This document shows positions 39,716 through 53,589 of a stretch of 64,000 bases of DNA, one piece after another. The stretch lies in NCBI RefSeq assembly GCF_001194135.2, contig NC_068982.1:99013021-99077020 (forward strand), given 5' to 3'. Position numbers and translations under genes: made by a program. Position 1 is the first letter of the stretch, and each line of letters opens with the position of its first letter. Source of the stretch: Octopus bimaculoides. Its lineage: Eukaryota. Below the pieces are notes generated by a model. It was not told the DNA's origin and did no database searches. It was given only the letters and a program-made list of their open reading frames with translations.

Positions 39716-40104
39716 GGAGGCGCAATGGCCCAGTGGTTAGGGCAGCGGACTCGCAGTCATAGGATCGTGGTTTTGATTCCCAAACCGGGCGTTGTGAGTG
39801 TTTATTGAGCAAAAACACCTAAAGCTCCACGAGGCTCTGGCAGGGGATGGTGGCGAACCCTGCTGTACTCTTCCACTACAACTTTCTCTCACTCTTACTT
39901 CCTGTTTCTGTTGTGCCTGTAATTCAAAGGGTCAGCCTCGTCACACTGTGTCACGCTGAATATCCCTGAGAACTAAGTTAAGGGTACACATGTCTGTGGA
40001 GTGCTCAGCCACTTGCATGTTAATTTCATGAGCAGGCTGTTCTGTTGATCGGATCAACTGGAACCCTCGACGTCATAAGCGACGGAGTGCCAACACACAC
40101 ACAC
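39716..40104 (+). mobile_element. tRNA-derived SINE, apparently full length
   Basis: A box TGGCCCAGTGG, B box GGTTTTGATTCC, CORE-like ttgagcaaaaacacc, and an (AC)n tail. Confidence 0.85.
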
Positions 40105-41349
40105 AGCAGCTGATCTTGCAAATGGAGCCTCATATCAGTGAGGGGGATCGGTGCACAATGATGCCATCAAGAAGTAGGCCCCGAAATGGTGCACATTCTC
40201 TCCTGATGACCCCATACACTTGCTGGCTTCCAATATGCAGAGCTTTCGACTGGTAGCACTTGCATGTGCAAGTTGTTTGCAAAACATCTTAACAATCAAG
40301 GTATTTGAAAAATATGCATTATTTACATGATCCTGTAATTGTCTTCAAAATCTATTCTAGAACAATTCTGAGAAAATTATATTTATCATTTTAGTTAGTC
40401 TATATAAATGTAATCTCCACAATTTGAAATGACTATTTATAAGTGTCAACACACGAAACTCTCATCCCTTGGGTCACTCAGTAACTTCTTCCAATTAATA
40501 AGCATATATATATGTGTGTGTGTGTGTATGTATGTATGCCAGAGGCAAGTGAATCAAAACTTTGAAGTCATTGTCAACCTTTTCCTTGTAAAAGTCTAAT
40601 GTTAAAATGTTTTTATATATAACTTGATATAAATGCAAACACACACACACTAAAGTAAAAAGAATAATAGAGTATGGTAAAAAAATAAAGGGTTGTTTTA
40701 CAGGAGACATAAACATTTGAAAATGAAGGCTATGCAAATTCTTAATAGAAAAGCTTCAATGAGAGAGAGAGAGAAACCTGGTAAGATCAGAAGGAAAAGG
40801 GGAGCAGGGAACAAGAGCAGAGAGCTAAAAGAGAAGCCAGATATCAGAAATAAATAATACAGAGCTAGTAGTAGGAGATTTGCTAATGTCCTGTGATGCG
40901 ACATGTGATGTTCCTGTTTGCAAAGCAATGACAGTGCAAAATTGAGGCATTATAAGGAAAAAGTGTGGTTGATAACACTAGTACACTTACCCTCATTAAC
41001 GCTAAGAAGAAAGAGACGTAGAGATTTTATTACAAGAATATGAGGAATGAGGAGAATGCATAGAAGGAAAGAGGAACTATCTCATGTTGACCCAAGAGAA
41101 GGACCAGACACTGCAGTTGACTGCTATATGGTTGAAAGCATAATTAAGGATATGATAGAATGGAAAACTGCTGGACTATGAATGATAGTCACCAAAATGC
41201 TAAAAATCGCTCACATAGTCGATCAAGAAATATAGGATGGTGTCATGCTCATTGGCTCACTTCACGGAGTCTTTATTAATTGTTGCAAGGGCTAAAGAAA
41301 TGCACTTGAAAAAAACACCTACAGAGATGGAGGATTAAGTTATGTAAGG

Positions 41350-41527
41350 AACACAGAGAGTACAGTACAGCTGATAAATAAGCTTAGACGAGACACAGTT
41401 TGGATGGGTTTGTGCTGCTAATGCTCTCTTCCTAGTGAGACAACTACAGGAGTTCTAAACCAAGAGTAAACCAGTATACTTGGTATTCATTTATCTGCTA
41501 TCCTTTGAAAGGACACCAAATTCTGTA
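41350..41527 (+). repeat. 178-bp direct repeat, copy 1
   Basis: Matches 42950-43127 with 6 substitutions counted by eye. Confidence 0.95.
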
Positions 41528-42949
41528 AATCATCCCACCCAAGCAATGGCTAAAAAACTTAGAGGAAAGAACGGTGGTGTTGAGGACTTATTCTAAGTCA
41601 CTCGACACCATCGCTGTCTTTCCTAAAACAGATATAGAAAAAGATTTGGCAGAGCATCTGCCAACTTTTAAGTTTATTTCTATGGGTGCTAAATATGCAA
41701 CGGTGTAGTTGCTATTTGACACCCCTGAGGTGGCTCGTAAATTTGCGAGCCAGCCCTTGGAAGGGCAAGAGATTCTGTTTCTTTCCACGTCTGTGGGCTG
41801 CCACTAGGCATTGAACCGGAATGGATAGAGGACACTATCCACCGGGGTCTAGGTGGCAGCAGGCCCAAGCTTTTAAATGTGAAATTGTTGCCGGCAGCTG
41901 ATTGTGTGGGGTCAAAAGTGGTTTTGACTCTATGGACCCAATGAGCTGCTAAAGATCTGGTATTTCCAGATTTTTTGAAAATGGCTGGTTGTAGATACCC
42001 AGTGACATTTGAGGGATGCCATCCCACCCACCAAGTGTCCACTTGTGCCTGGAACCGGGCCATATTAAGAAGAACTGTCCCCAGAACCAAAGTAGGATCC
42101 TGGAGCAGTTAGTAAAAGTAGCGCCCCACTCCTCCTTCAGAGGGAGAGATGGAAGCAGTCGAGGAGGTGGAAACCTCCTTAAAAAAAAAAAAAAAAGGAA
42201 AAAAAGGAAGGTAGGTAAGCTCCTTCAGATCAGATAAAGCGGAAGAACTACACCCTCCCATAGCACAAGGGAGGAAAAAAAAAGAAGACTGGGACATTGC
42301 CGGCAGTTAGTAGTACACTGCCGGCATGTCCTGAAACCTTGTCAGTGGGAATTGTGCCACTGACGGAGGAAACTGTGACTCCTCCTATTATGATGAAGGA
42401 TGAATTTGTGATCTTCTTTCATAAGGGAGGAGCTTTACAGAACTTTGTGAAGAGGCTAGAGGGCTGGAGGGAGGGGATCCTGACCTGTACTGAAGACCTG
42501 GATTGGCCTCTGCAGGTAACTGCGGAGGTCATAATGAAAAATGATATGTTCAGGGTGATGGACTCCTTTCCCAAGGACCAATACAGTTTTGCTTTCTGGA
42601 GCCCTGACTTAGAACTGCAGGATTGTCTGCGGGAGGCAAGTTACCTGGTCGGGGAGGAAAGGTAAGAGGCCTTAGTGCCTCGATTTAAAATTTGAATTTG
42701 CTATTTTTTGGTAAGAGGTTCAGCGCCTCATCTTGTAAGAACGATTGCGTCCATTCTTTGAACTTTGGTAAGAGGTTCAATACCACATTTTGTGTTGAGA
42801 AAAAGAGAACAATGTTTTTGGGAAGCAGCAATCGGTCTGCTTCCCCCACCAACGTTCTTTTCATTTTTTTCATTCTATTATCATTTGTGTCTTTGTTCAG
42901 CCCGCAGCTACATCTTTGTAAGGCTGTAGGCCAATTTATGAAATAAAGT
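41528..42949 (+). mobile_element. ORF1-only L1/Tx1-like insertion (1422 bp) flanked by a 178-bp duplication
   Basis: Contains a degenerate ORF1 and ends in aataaa. No endonuclease or RT was recognised. Confidence 0.7.
41546..42665 (+). pseudogene. Degenerate L1/Tx1-type ORF1 (RRM-like region plus CCHC zinc knuckle)
   Basis: LEERTVVLRTYS...LLFDTPEVARKFASQPL...GLPLGIEPEWIE...PDFLKMAGCRYPVTFEG, then C(H)LCLEPGHIKKNC at 42036-42078 after removing one inserted base. Several stops and frameshifts. Confidence 0.7.
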
Positions 42950-43127
42950 AACACAGAAAGTACAGTACAGCTGATAAATAAGCTTAGATGAGACACAGTT
43001 TGGATGGGTTTGTGCTGTTAATGCTCTCTTCCTAGTGAGACAACTACCGAAGTTCTAAGCCAAGAGTAAACCAGTATACTTGGTATTCATTTATCTGCTA
43101 TCCTTTGAAAGGACACCAAATTCTGTA
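42950..43127 (+). repeat. 178-bp direct repeat, copy 2
   Basis: Matches 41350-41527 at an exact 1600-bp offset. Confidence 0.95.
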
Positions 43128-46100
43128 GGCTAGCAGCTTCTCAGAAAGCTGGTGTAGTTTGTAGCTTGTTAGTCCTGTACAGAGATACCATTAACAACAT
43201 AAGTGTTGCAATGAATTCAGCAAGGAAGTAAGCATGCAAGTAGTGTCCATCAGGATTTCACTCTCAGCTCTGTTCTTATTTATTAATTCTTCAGAATATA
43301 ACAAGTGGAGTTTAAGCTAGACTCTTCATGGGAAATCATGTATACAAATGACTTAATGATCATAACTGAATTTATTAAAGATTTAGAGAAGCTTCACAGT
43401 TAAAAGCAATGGTTAGAACTAAGAGGCCTCAGAATCAACCTCGTAAAAGTCAGAAGTTTTAGGTAGCAAGAACTTGGAGGTGTGGAATAATGCATCTAAA
43501 TTCAAAAGCAAGAATTTGGCATCAAAAAGGGCAATCAGCCATAGTATACTACTGCCTTAAGAAGCTTCATGCAGCTCAGCATTGAAAAAACATATGATGA
43601 TGATGATGATAATGATGATATTACTAAATGACAGAAAGGGAAGGAAAGCAAACAATGGTGCTAAAGAAAGCAAAATTATTGCCACCTGGGAAGTATTCAT
43701 GCTTGATATACAAAAATGGAGTAGATAAGAATTCCATAGAGTATACCTAATATAAACTATGGGTGCACAAGTGGTGTAGTGGGATCACATTCATACTGAT
43801 AGAGATGGAAGATTTCCTATGGGGGAGAAATGCAGGAGTAGTTAGCAGTAGGAGTACCTTTGAAAAAAATTCTTTCAAATATTTGGAAGGCTCCATAAAA
43901 TAATTAATAGCTTCTGTTACCTAGGTGACCTAATTAACAGTGGAAGTGAGTGCACCGAAAGTATAGAAAGTGAAGTAAGAAAAGTATGGAAAAAGTTTAG
44001 CTATGAACTCTGCTGATAATAAAAAAGATTTTCTTTCTAGGTGAAGGGTAGATCATATGATGCTTGTGTGTATGGTGCAATGTTGTATGGTAAGAAAATA
44101 AGGGTATATAAAGTGAAGGATACATGACAGTTGGAAAGAAACGAGGCAGGTACATTCCACTGATATGTAATGTTAGTGTGCATGAACAATGGTGTATAAA
44201 TGAGCTGAGAAAAAAAAAATGAAATTGGAGAAATGAGATGTAGTGTGCAAGAGAAGAGACTGCTCATGTCATGCATATGGAAGACAACAGCTGGGTAAAG
44301 AAAAGGCTTATGGAAAAGTAAGTATGAAGGAGATATAGAAAGACATGGTGAAAGCTGATCTGAAGAGGGTAAACCTCCTAAAGGGAACTTGACAGAATAT
44401 CCTGTGTGAAGTGGTAAAAAGCAGTGCTAAAAATAAACCATCCAACCCAAGCAAGCCTGGAGAAAACAAATATAAGAACAACAGCCACACACATAAACAT
44501 ACATACATATTTAGATGCAGTTATGACCATGAGGTTAATAACTTCACTTCACAAACACTCAATTTCAGGCTTAATTTCTCAGCATGATATTTGGGCAAGT
44601 GATTCAGGTTGACCAATACCTTGTAAGTGGAACTGGCAGGTGGAAACTGCATAGAAGCATACTGTGCATATGTCCACACACACACACACACACACACAAG
44701 CAAACTGCGTGAATCTTTGTGCACATGTGCATGCATGCGTTTATGTATGGGTGCGTTTGTATGTTTACTTAGCACCACTTTGGTACTGTTTATGTCTTGT
44801 AGCAGTTCAACTTGAAGACATACACTAAAGTATCTTACTTCAAAAACAAAGTTGGCATTAAGAAGGGCATCCAACTGTAAAGAAAGTTTATCCAAACCAG
44901 CATTTGGAAAAGATGGTTATGATAATGATAGCATTAAATGACAGAAGAGGAAGGAAAGCAAACCATGGTACTAAAGAAGGCATATAAAACATTACTAGGT
45001 GGTGTGATAACTATGCTCTTAGTAATGTAAACTAACTTATGAAAAAATTCAGTAATGATTAAACTATTGGAGATTTGTAGTGAAGCATCAGTCTGGCTTG
45101 AAAACTATTGATACTACTGGAGTAGTCTAAATGTAGGTTGTCAGTAGCATTGAAGAAATCATAGATTTTATTCAATGGAATATTGTGCACATGTACACAT
45201 GAATATGGAATATGTGTAAATGAGAAATAGCGATGAGAAAACATGACGTTCTTGCTTTGACTTTTGGACAATTTTGTCAATTATGACAAATATAGAAAGT
45301 ACTGTCCCAGGTGTGTTACCATTAGTATGACGAGGCTAAGAAGATATCTGATAAGGAAAAATAGAGCAAGGTCCCCTTCAGCACCTTCTTCCACCTTGAT
45401 ACATACTTCTTTGCTGATCATTAATGTATAGCATGAGAATTACAAAAGAAAATTCAGACAAAGGACATCTTGTTAGCATTTCTACTAACATTCTGATGAT
45501 TTTGATGTTGAAGCTGGCATCTGTAAAATAGAGAAATATTCATTTTATAAAATGAACTTGGTTACTTCCACCACCTTCTTTGCAGGGAAGCAGATGCTTC
45601 TTTGCTGATCATTATGGTATGGGTTGGCAAAAAATAAAACTCTAACAAAGAACACACTTGCTATTTGTTATCTTTTTTACTATCAGTCTTATATTAGAGA
45701 AGCTGGCACTAAAAAGTTCCTCAATTCATTTGAAGTTAGCAAGAAACTACAGGTCATCCTTATAGGGTGATTAAAATATGCACATTGCTGCTTTAATAAG
45801 GTGTTGATAACAAATCTGGGAGAAAATAATTAAGAGAAACTGAGACAAGGTTTGCCTTCTGGCAAAAGAAAAATAAATAAATAGATAAATAATAAAGTGT
45901 TAAATATGAAATGGCATGTGAAAAGGAAATGATAGGGAATTGTTAAACTTCATGTTTTCACATTTCATCATGCAGAGCTAAAATTTCTAAAATCTTAAGG
46001 CTAAGTAAATATTAGTCCGCTTTCTTCAGTGTTTTAAATTTGGCAAATACAAAACAGGGGAGAAATAGGAGTCTAGTTAAATAGGTAAATATAGGTTGCT

Positions 46101-48074
46101 AGAATATATGACAAAAACTGGTTTTCAGCAGCAAAAAAGAATTATTTCTGAAGATTTTATGACTTTTAACAATGACTTTACCTTCAACTATAACACAAAA
46201 GAGAAAAACAAATCACAAAAACAAGAGATAATAACAACAAATAAAGCAAAAGGGCCAGTATTTTGTCTGTGTGAGCATGAGAGAGAATAGAGTACAGTTA
46301 AAAAAGCACTGCCATATTACAAATTTCTGTATTTACTTGCTATAACTTAAAATGAAGGAAGGAGTTCAGTCTAATTCGATTTACCCATCAACTTAAAAAT
46401 TAAGGGTTAGATAATTATTTGGCTGAGACACTAATTGAAAATGGCATCAACTTTAATGTGTTATTTAATGTGAATGTATGTTTGAGTGCACATGCTAAAT
46501 CGCCTCCTGCTAAATCTTCTGTAACTTAAACGAACATTATAGCATAACCTTAACTGTAAAATATATCACATGGTTTCATAATGTTTAAATACAACATAGT
46601 TAAAAGCCTTACAATAAAGATTAAACAAAAATTACATATAAAAGATGATGATAATGAACATAATGTAGGAATTCGATAACTGAGTGCAGTTTGTTAAACA
46701 TTATATGAAACAAACGTTTACTGATACCACTTAGCTAACTGATTTTTGGAGAGACTGAAAGATACAAACAGATATTGCAACAAAATGTACAAGTCAGTGC
46801 CAGAATGTTAATAAAAAAGTGAAGATCCCCATCCCCAGCCTGCACTCCTATCTCAGTAAGTATAAATTTCTAATGGCACTAATAAGTACATTGTAGTGTA
46901 TCTTCACTTTGATTGATGTAAGACAATTGACACAAAATTGGTGACAAACAGCAGGCAGCAAAAGCTACAGTGCATACATACAAGATCTGCAAACATAAAT
47001 ATATGTTATACATACAAGGAAGTCAGAAGCACAGAGGTTAGTTATAGACAATCAATAAAGTGAACAATGGAAGAAAGATTTCCAGCTATTTGAACTCTGT
47101 GGGAAGTGTCTGGATGAGAAGACATCGAAATGTAAGCTAATGGGGGGAAAAAATTATCTAAAACATTAGATTGAAAATTTTTTAAAAAAAGAATATTTCT
47201 TGTATTTAGCTTTTTAAGGCAAAAAAAAAAGAAAATTGTTTAACAAAGGAAATAATTAACCCTGCATTTTTAATCATAATTATCTTTCTAAGAAGTGACT
47301 ATGTAGAAAGAGCCATCAGATGAGAAATGAAGTGTATGGAGGCTTAATTCAATTTAGAGGCTTCATAATCTGGTTTTGAAGGGAGACCAGATCCTAAGCC
47401 ATGATTTAAACATCATTACAAAGGAAACTAATATACAGTTTACTGACGTAAATCATTAACATTTGTTCCTTACTTAAATAAATTTAAATATATACCAAGC
47501 AAAGACTGCAACTGAGAGGTTGAAAGTCTTGTAAGCCATTTGTTATAAATTTCTGGTTATGGCAACTTCTCATATACAATGGAAATATGTCTGTCTGTCT
47601 GTATGTATGTATGTACTAGATTAAAATGTCAATACATGGTGAGCCTGTGCATTACAATAAAAATCCTTACTGAACTTCAGTATGATATTTCACCTGATAT
47701 CCACATCACAAGGGAAACTGAAGTTGCCAACCTCTACTTTCAATCTCGCCAACACTATCTATTATTATTAAATTTATAATTCTGTAAGCGGTAAAAGTTT
47801 TGAAAAAGGGAACTACCTAGTTTCTAAATGAAGAATGAAAAAGATCTTGACAAAATAATGGTAAATGTAAAGATGACTAGCTTTTGGTTGGTGAGAAAGT
47901 AGTATTACTCACCAATGTTTCTTAAAAGCTACTCCCTACCTGAAAGCAGGAAGTAGTCTTGATGAAATACATTTTGAAATATTTACAAAAATTCACTGTA
48001 ACAGATGTTTAACTTTCAATAAAAGGAAATTCTAAGGAAAAAAAATACTTAATTAAATTCCTAAAACATTTTAC

Positions 48075-48275
48075 CGCCTGACTGGCCCTCGTGCTGGCGG
48101 CACGTAAAAGCACCCACTACACTCTCTGAGTGGTTGGCGTTAGGAAGGGCACCCAGCTGTAGAAACTCTGCTAGATCAGATTGGAGCCTGGTGCAGCCAC
48201 CTGGTTCACCAGTCCTCAGTCAAATCGTCCAACCCATGCTAACATGGAAAGCAGACGTTAAACGATGATGATGAT
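48075..48275 (+). mobile_element. RTE-type 3' tail or short RTE-dependent insertion
   Basis: ttaggaagggc...caaatcgtccaacccatgc...gacgttaaacgatgatgatgat, homologous to the RTE 3' UTR. Confidence 0.85.
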
Positions 48276-49939
48276 TTTATAGGAGTTTCATTGGAATCTA
48301 AGTGTATTTTATAAAATGTAATTGCAGTGTTTTTTCTAACAAAAATTGTGTGAAGAAAAGTGTTTGGTCACCTTTGATTAGTCATATTGATTCAAAACAT
48401 TTGTCATAAATTATAACCACACACACATGTACACAAAAACAGTAATTACTACACATAAAAGCAGATATATTTCTGTTATTTTCCAGTGAGAATAATATAT
48501 CAGGTACCTAAATATGACTGTCTTTACCCCAAAATAATTATTTTAACATCTTATATGAAAAAAGTTAGAGATCTCACATCACAAATTAGAAAGTGTGTTG
48601 CCATCAAAGAGATTTAAATAGCAGCTAAATATCTTAAGCCACTGATGTAGCAAAGCTGGCATCAAAACTAAGGATAAGTTACAAAAAAGTTTGAATAGGA
48701 AGAGGTGGTAATAGTAGACGGAAGCTGCAACTAAATACCCAAACACTAAAATTATCTTTAAGGAATTAACTGCAATACCAGATTATTAACAACTGAAAGA
48801 ATAAGACATAAGCAAATGTAGGTGCTAAGATTTTTGCATATGTATGTTTAGAAAGAAAGAAGGAAGAGTAATGTGAAGTAAATCTTTTGAAACATTGAAT
48901 AAAAGAATAGAGTTTTAACTGCTGCACTTAAAATTCTAGTAAAAATATCAATAAAAGCAAGCAACAAAAAGAGAAATATCTAATGAAGCTGTTGGCAAGT
49001 AATAAGAATGAAACAACAAAGAATATAACAGAAAGCAACAAGAAAATTGTAGATGACAACTAAATTCCCAGCACTTTACGATGTTTCGGTTATTTCCAGT
49101 AAGCAATATATATTAAACGCGTAAATAAGTAAACCATGAACTAAAGAATAATGAGGAACAAAAACATGAAATGAATATGAATACCAGCACATAACAACCA
49201 TATTTATGCTACAGACAAAAGTTGGTCAAAGATGAAATTCAAAATAATCTTGCATTTTTGTAAATGTTGGCTGGGACAGGATGGAAGTACAAATTTAGAC
49301 ATTAGTGTGACTAGTTGTCAAATCTTATGACTAGATTTTTGTCCAATAGGACAAACATTCATCTAAATGCATGAGAGAAACACACCAACCAACAAACATT
49401 ACACAGAATCATAAGTGCCCATGTAACTATTTGAACTTGTGTGCACTAAAAGTTTTAGCCACCATAACACTGCGTTAAAAGTAATGTCAACAAAATCCAA
49501 AAACTTATGGATTGAGGTTATCATAAGAATTTTTGGTCCTTTGAGCACAGGCTAAAATCTATTTCTGCATTCACATTTTCTTAATTACTTCAGCAAATCA
49601 ATACAAAGGGCAGTTGAACAAAGTGCAGCAAGCCTCTAGGTAGCAGAGTTGTAAGTTTATGTTGCTGTTCAGTGCTTTGCTTTAGCTAAGGTACTGGAAA
49701 TCACATTTACCAAATTGCAGAGAAGAAAATCAATTTACAATATTTTTTATTCTCTTTCATTCATTTTTAACATGAAGATCAAATTCTCTTGAACATGAAT
49801 ATGCAGTAGCATATAGAGTTGTGGATAGTAATAGATATAGTGAGATGGTGTTTGAAGAAAGAAACAATGTTGACTGAAGAGGGAGAGTCGTGGTAACTGC
49901 AATGGGATGATATTAGATGTAACATGATGAAGGCTGGTG

Positions 49940-50160
49940 TAGGTTTATAGTGGTGGCTCTAGTGAGATATCAGTGTTTGTACTGAGATATCAGAGTGGCT
50001 GTATATAGTGGGGTGTCTGTGACAGTATGTAATGAGATATCAGTGGCTGCATGTAACAGAATGTCAGTGGTCGTATGGACAGGAATGGCACTGGCCTTTA
50101 ACAGAAATGAAGTGGCTTTAGTAAGATGGAGCTGTGGTGTTTATAGTGAGATGGAGATCA
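49940..50160. repeat. Degenerate minisatellite-like tract (gtgagatatcagtgg-type units)
   Basis: gagatatcag recurs three times, with related variants, at irregular spacing. Confidence 0.5.
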
Positions 50161-52103
50161 TTTAAACATTCAATGAGTTCTAAAAATTTGTAGTGGTTTA
50201 GTGGGATGAGGTGATGTGGTGAGTGCTGTAGAGAATGATGGTTGCTACAAAAACAGCAGGTCATATAATATCACCAAGTAGCAGATATAAGATTCTTAGT
50301 CTCTTTAATGAGTGTGCAAGGTAGTAAATATTTAATATTTAATATGTGAATTTTTTGCTTCATGAAGTAGTCATTGTTAGATTCTTTCTTTTTCTATCTG
50401 CATACAAAAATACAGAACTCATAATATTCAGCAGGCTACGTACATTGTGGGAACAAACTGAGTGGATGTAGTTTTAAAAGAATGCAAGTCTAGTGATAAG
50501 AGCTGAGTTGTAGGTTTGCTGGTTGAAAGTGAGTGGCAAGGAATCCTTAACCTAATCACCCAGGATTAGGTTATGGATAGATCTGTCTTTAATCTTTCTT
50601 AAGATTTTCAACAGTCTGATGTGTAAACAATAAATATCATTCAGCTTTTTATGTATAAACAAACCATAGAAATACCACACAATAAAATATAAAAAGTATG
50701 AAGTAAATCAGAAAAAAAATAGATCTAAAATGCTTTTTTCTTTTTTTTAAGAGAAAATATTTGAAAAATGTAAGTTATGTCCTAAGTCTAAATATTAGAT
50801 CAGAGAGTTGAGCATAAAGACTTACACAAATATGTATTGAACGGGGAAAAGGAACAGAATTAGAGTTAAAGCAGAATGCTTCATGCAAATAGCTAACTCA
50901 GTTATTTGTGTTTTTAAACAGAACATGAGTGTTATATTTATAGTTAGTTGCAAAAATGTATGCTGAACAGTTTTGAATGAACTGAATCAGAATTTTTAAA
51001 ATTTTATCCCAATTGGGAAAAATTCAATTACTAATGGCAATGTGAAAGGGATAAACATCATAACTTTTTATTTCTCTGTCTGTACACACCTGAAGTCTCA
51101 CACCCTATACAGTATTAACTTCATCAGTAATTTTAAAATAAAAACTGACATAGCACAGCAAACTTAATTTATACAGTTAAGATTAGCAATAATAATGTGC
51201 TAATAATTTAGAATTTCTATCAAAATAGAAAACAAAAATTTTCCAGTCTGATTATATCATGAAATTTAACAGCTTCTGGCTATTCAACAATAAGAGAAAA
51301 AAGAATGTTACACCTGTTTTTATTCATTAAAAATTGAACACAGGTTTATAAATTCACCAATATATATATATAAAGAAATCTTGTCCTTTCCTTTAATATG
51401 TATAATTATGTCCAACATAAAAAGATGTTATAACTTTGAGGTAGCCCAGTCTCCCATCACTATGAAGTTTTTGCTGATCATGAACAACACCAATGCCTTT
51501 TGCCAAAGTTCACATGGATGAAAGAAAAACTGCTATTTAGTGACATAAGGAAGTAAGTCTTCTGATAGATGACATTAATGATATGATGACAACAATAATG
51601 ATAATGGAAAGATTAAAGAGAAAAGTGAAGATAAATATGACCACTGAAGATAATTATTAGTTATCAATTTCTTGATAGTTATGAATTGCAAAATAACATG
51701 TTCAATATAACTCACACCGATTATTTTTTTTTTTCAATTCAGATATTTTAAATTACCCAAATACTCTTTTTTTTTTTTTTAAAGCATGAATAAAAAATAA
51801 CTGTTACTGTATAGCTATGTAAAACATGCAGATAAGATTTTTAAAATTGCTTCGCATATAAAAACATGTGTATACAATGGGGATAAACCGTGCAGCTAAC
51901 TATTTGGCTAAGAGCTACATATATTTACATTACAAAAAGGAGGAAGGGAGAGATAAAACAATGGATGCAATAACAAAGTCAGCATAAAATGCACTAAGAA
52001 TTTAAATGGGGAAAAGTGGTGGGTAGTGATGGTGATGGTGTTAGTTATCTGCCACTAGAAGAACCAGATTAGAATGTTAGTTACTGACTGGAGTAGTAAG
52101 TAC

Positions 52104-52241
52104 CATGTGTCTCTCTACGTTGCTGCTGATGTTGCTGTTGGCCATGGTAATTCACAGATGTGCGCTTTGATGGGAGAGGCATGACAGGGACTTTCTTATT
52201 TTGCATTGCCAGAGCCTGCATCACAGCCTCGGTTCGGATTT
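52104..52241 (-). CDS. DIP2: DIP2 coding exon, just after the N-terminal DMAP1-binding region (phase 1-1, 138 nt)
   Basis: Acceptor tttcctctttacag. Translates (E)IRTEAVMQALAMQNKKVPVMPLPSKRTSVNYHGQQQHQQQRRETH, resembling the DIP2 motif HTEAVQAALAKHKERKMAVPMPSKRRS (recalled). Donor GTACTT; an in-phase alternative donor GTCAGT would end the exon at 52089. Confidence 0.88.
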
Positions 52242-53552
52242 CTGTAAAGAGGAAACATCAGATTAAAACAGGAAGATAAAACAGGAATATAAAAAATTAA
52301 ATAAGATAAAAACTAAATGAAATGCACACAAGAACACAGAGAATCACTGACAAACAAATAAATAAATAAATATAATCATAAAAAATACAATATAGCATAA
52401 GTTTAACTTGTTCAGAAACAGTTCAGAAATATTCATGTATATTCTTTACTTTGGTAAACCTAAAATCTATGCATTTATCTTCCCTTACATACATTTCAAT
52501 GATTGAGAATTACTTACAATATTTAAAGGTTTACAAAGAGTCTAAAAATGTAAATCCTAATCATTACTAATCTGTTTCATGTGTGTGTATCTTCATCATT
52601 ATGAGACAAAATTAATAAAATGACAGAATTTTTTAAAAATTAAGTTTGTTCTTTGACTATGGAAGATATGATAAAGCAGTTATAATTCTATAAGAGATAA
52701 CTACTTTGCCACTTGTCACATAAGCAAATGGGGAGAAGTGACATTCTATTAGCTGTGAAACCTGCCAGAAATAACACCAAACCCCCCTCCCCTCCTTTCA
52801 GGCTTCACCATCTTAAATATCAATGCATATTATGCACAATATAGTCTATGATATACAAAAGGATGGAATGTTCATATGACAATCTTTATGGGGACCTGAA
52901 GCTAAACAACAACTTTGAAACTGTACAAATTGCTCAAATATAATTTTCATTACAATTTTTTGATAGAAAACATTTTCTTTTTCTAAAATGCCTTGTAAAT
53001 AGTAATTAAGCTTACTATAATAATGGTTATATTGATTATTATAATGATCACTAGCAGATAGAATAGCAAGAGCACATAATACAGAATAGCAAAATAAGCT
53101 ACAATGTTGGGTGCATAATACATAACTTCTAACTGATTACTATAGTAAGGTAGCTAAGTGAATGTTCAATTAAAAAAAGTAATGAAGATATCTAGATATC
53201 TGCAAAAATGTCCTTCACTGAGTTTCTTATGAGTGTGCATATGTAAGTGTACATGCATTTTGTAGGTTTGGAAGCAGATGGCACTTCAAGAATCACTGCT
53301 CATTTAGCTATGATTTTAAAGGAAAATATACTAGTAATCCTCATCAGGTGGCAAGTACCATAGATAGTAAATGTTTAACAACTAGGCTTGCAACTCATGT
53401 CTTATTTTCAGTCACAGATGTTTCACTTACTCTGCTTAAAGAACATTAGTGTTATTATTCTGATTCCTTCACTCACAAAGTACAATTCATTGAGTACTTA
53501 TTGTATGATCATGTATGCATGAGTGCATACTCATGCAAAACAGTACCTATGC

Positions 53553-53589
<37 letters not shown>

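Larger units (their letters stand above)
40880..44420 (+). mobile_element. Old RTE relic, split by the 41528-42949 insertion
   Basis: ALFLVRQLQE..KSKPVYLVFI (RT) lies inside the duplicated block, and RTE-like sequence continues after 43127. Boundaries approximate. Confidence 0.7.

Noticed and set aside
41350-43127. LTR retrotransposon or TRIM interpretation
   Set aside because: The repeats encode host RTE RT sequence and lack matching TG...CA ends and a recognisable PBS or PPT.
45320-45520. 31-nt and 28-nt exon-like units
   Set aside because: Neither preserves the DIP2 frame, alone or together.
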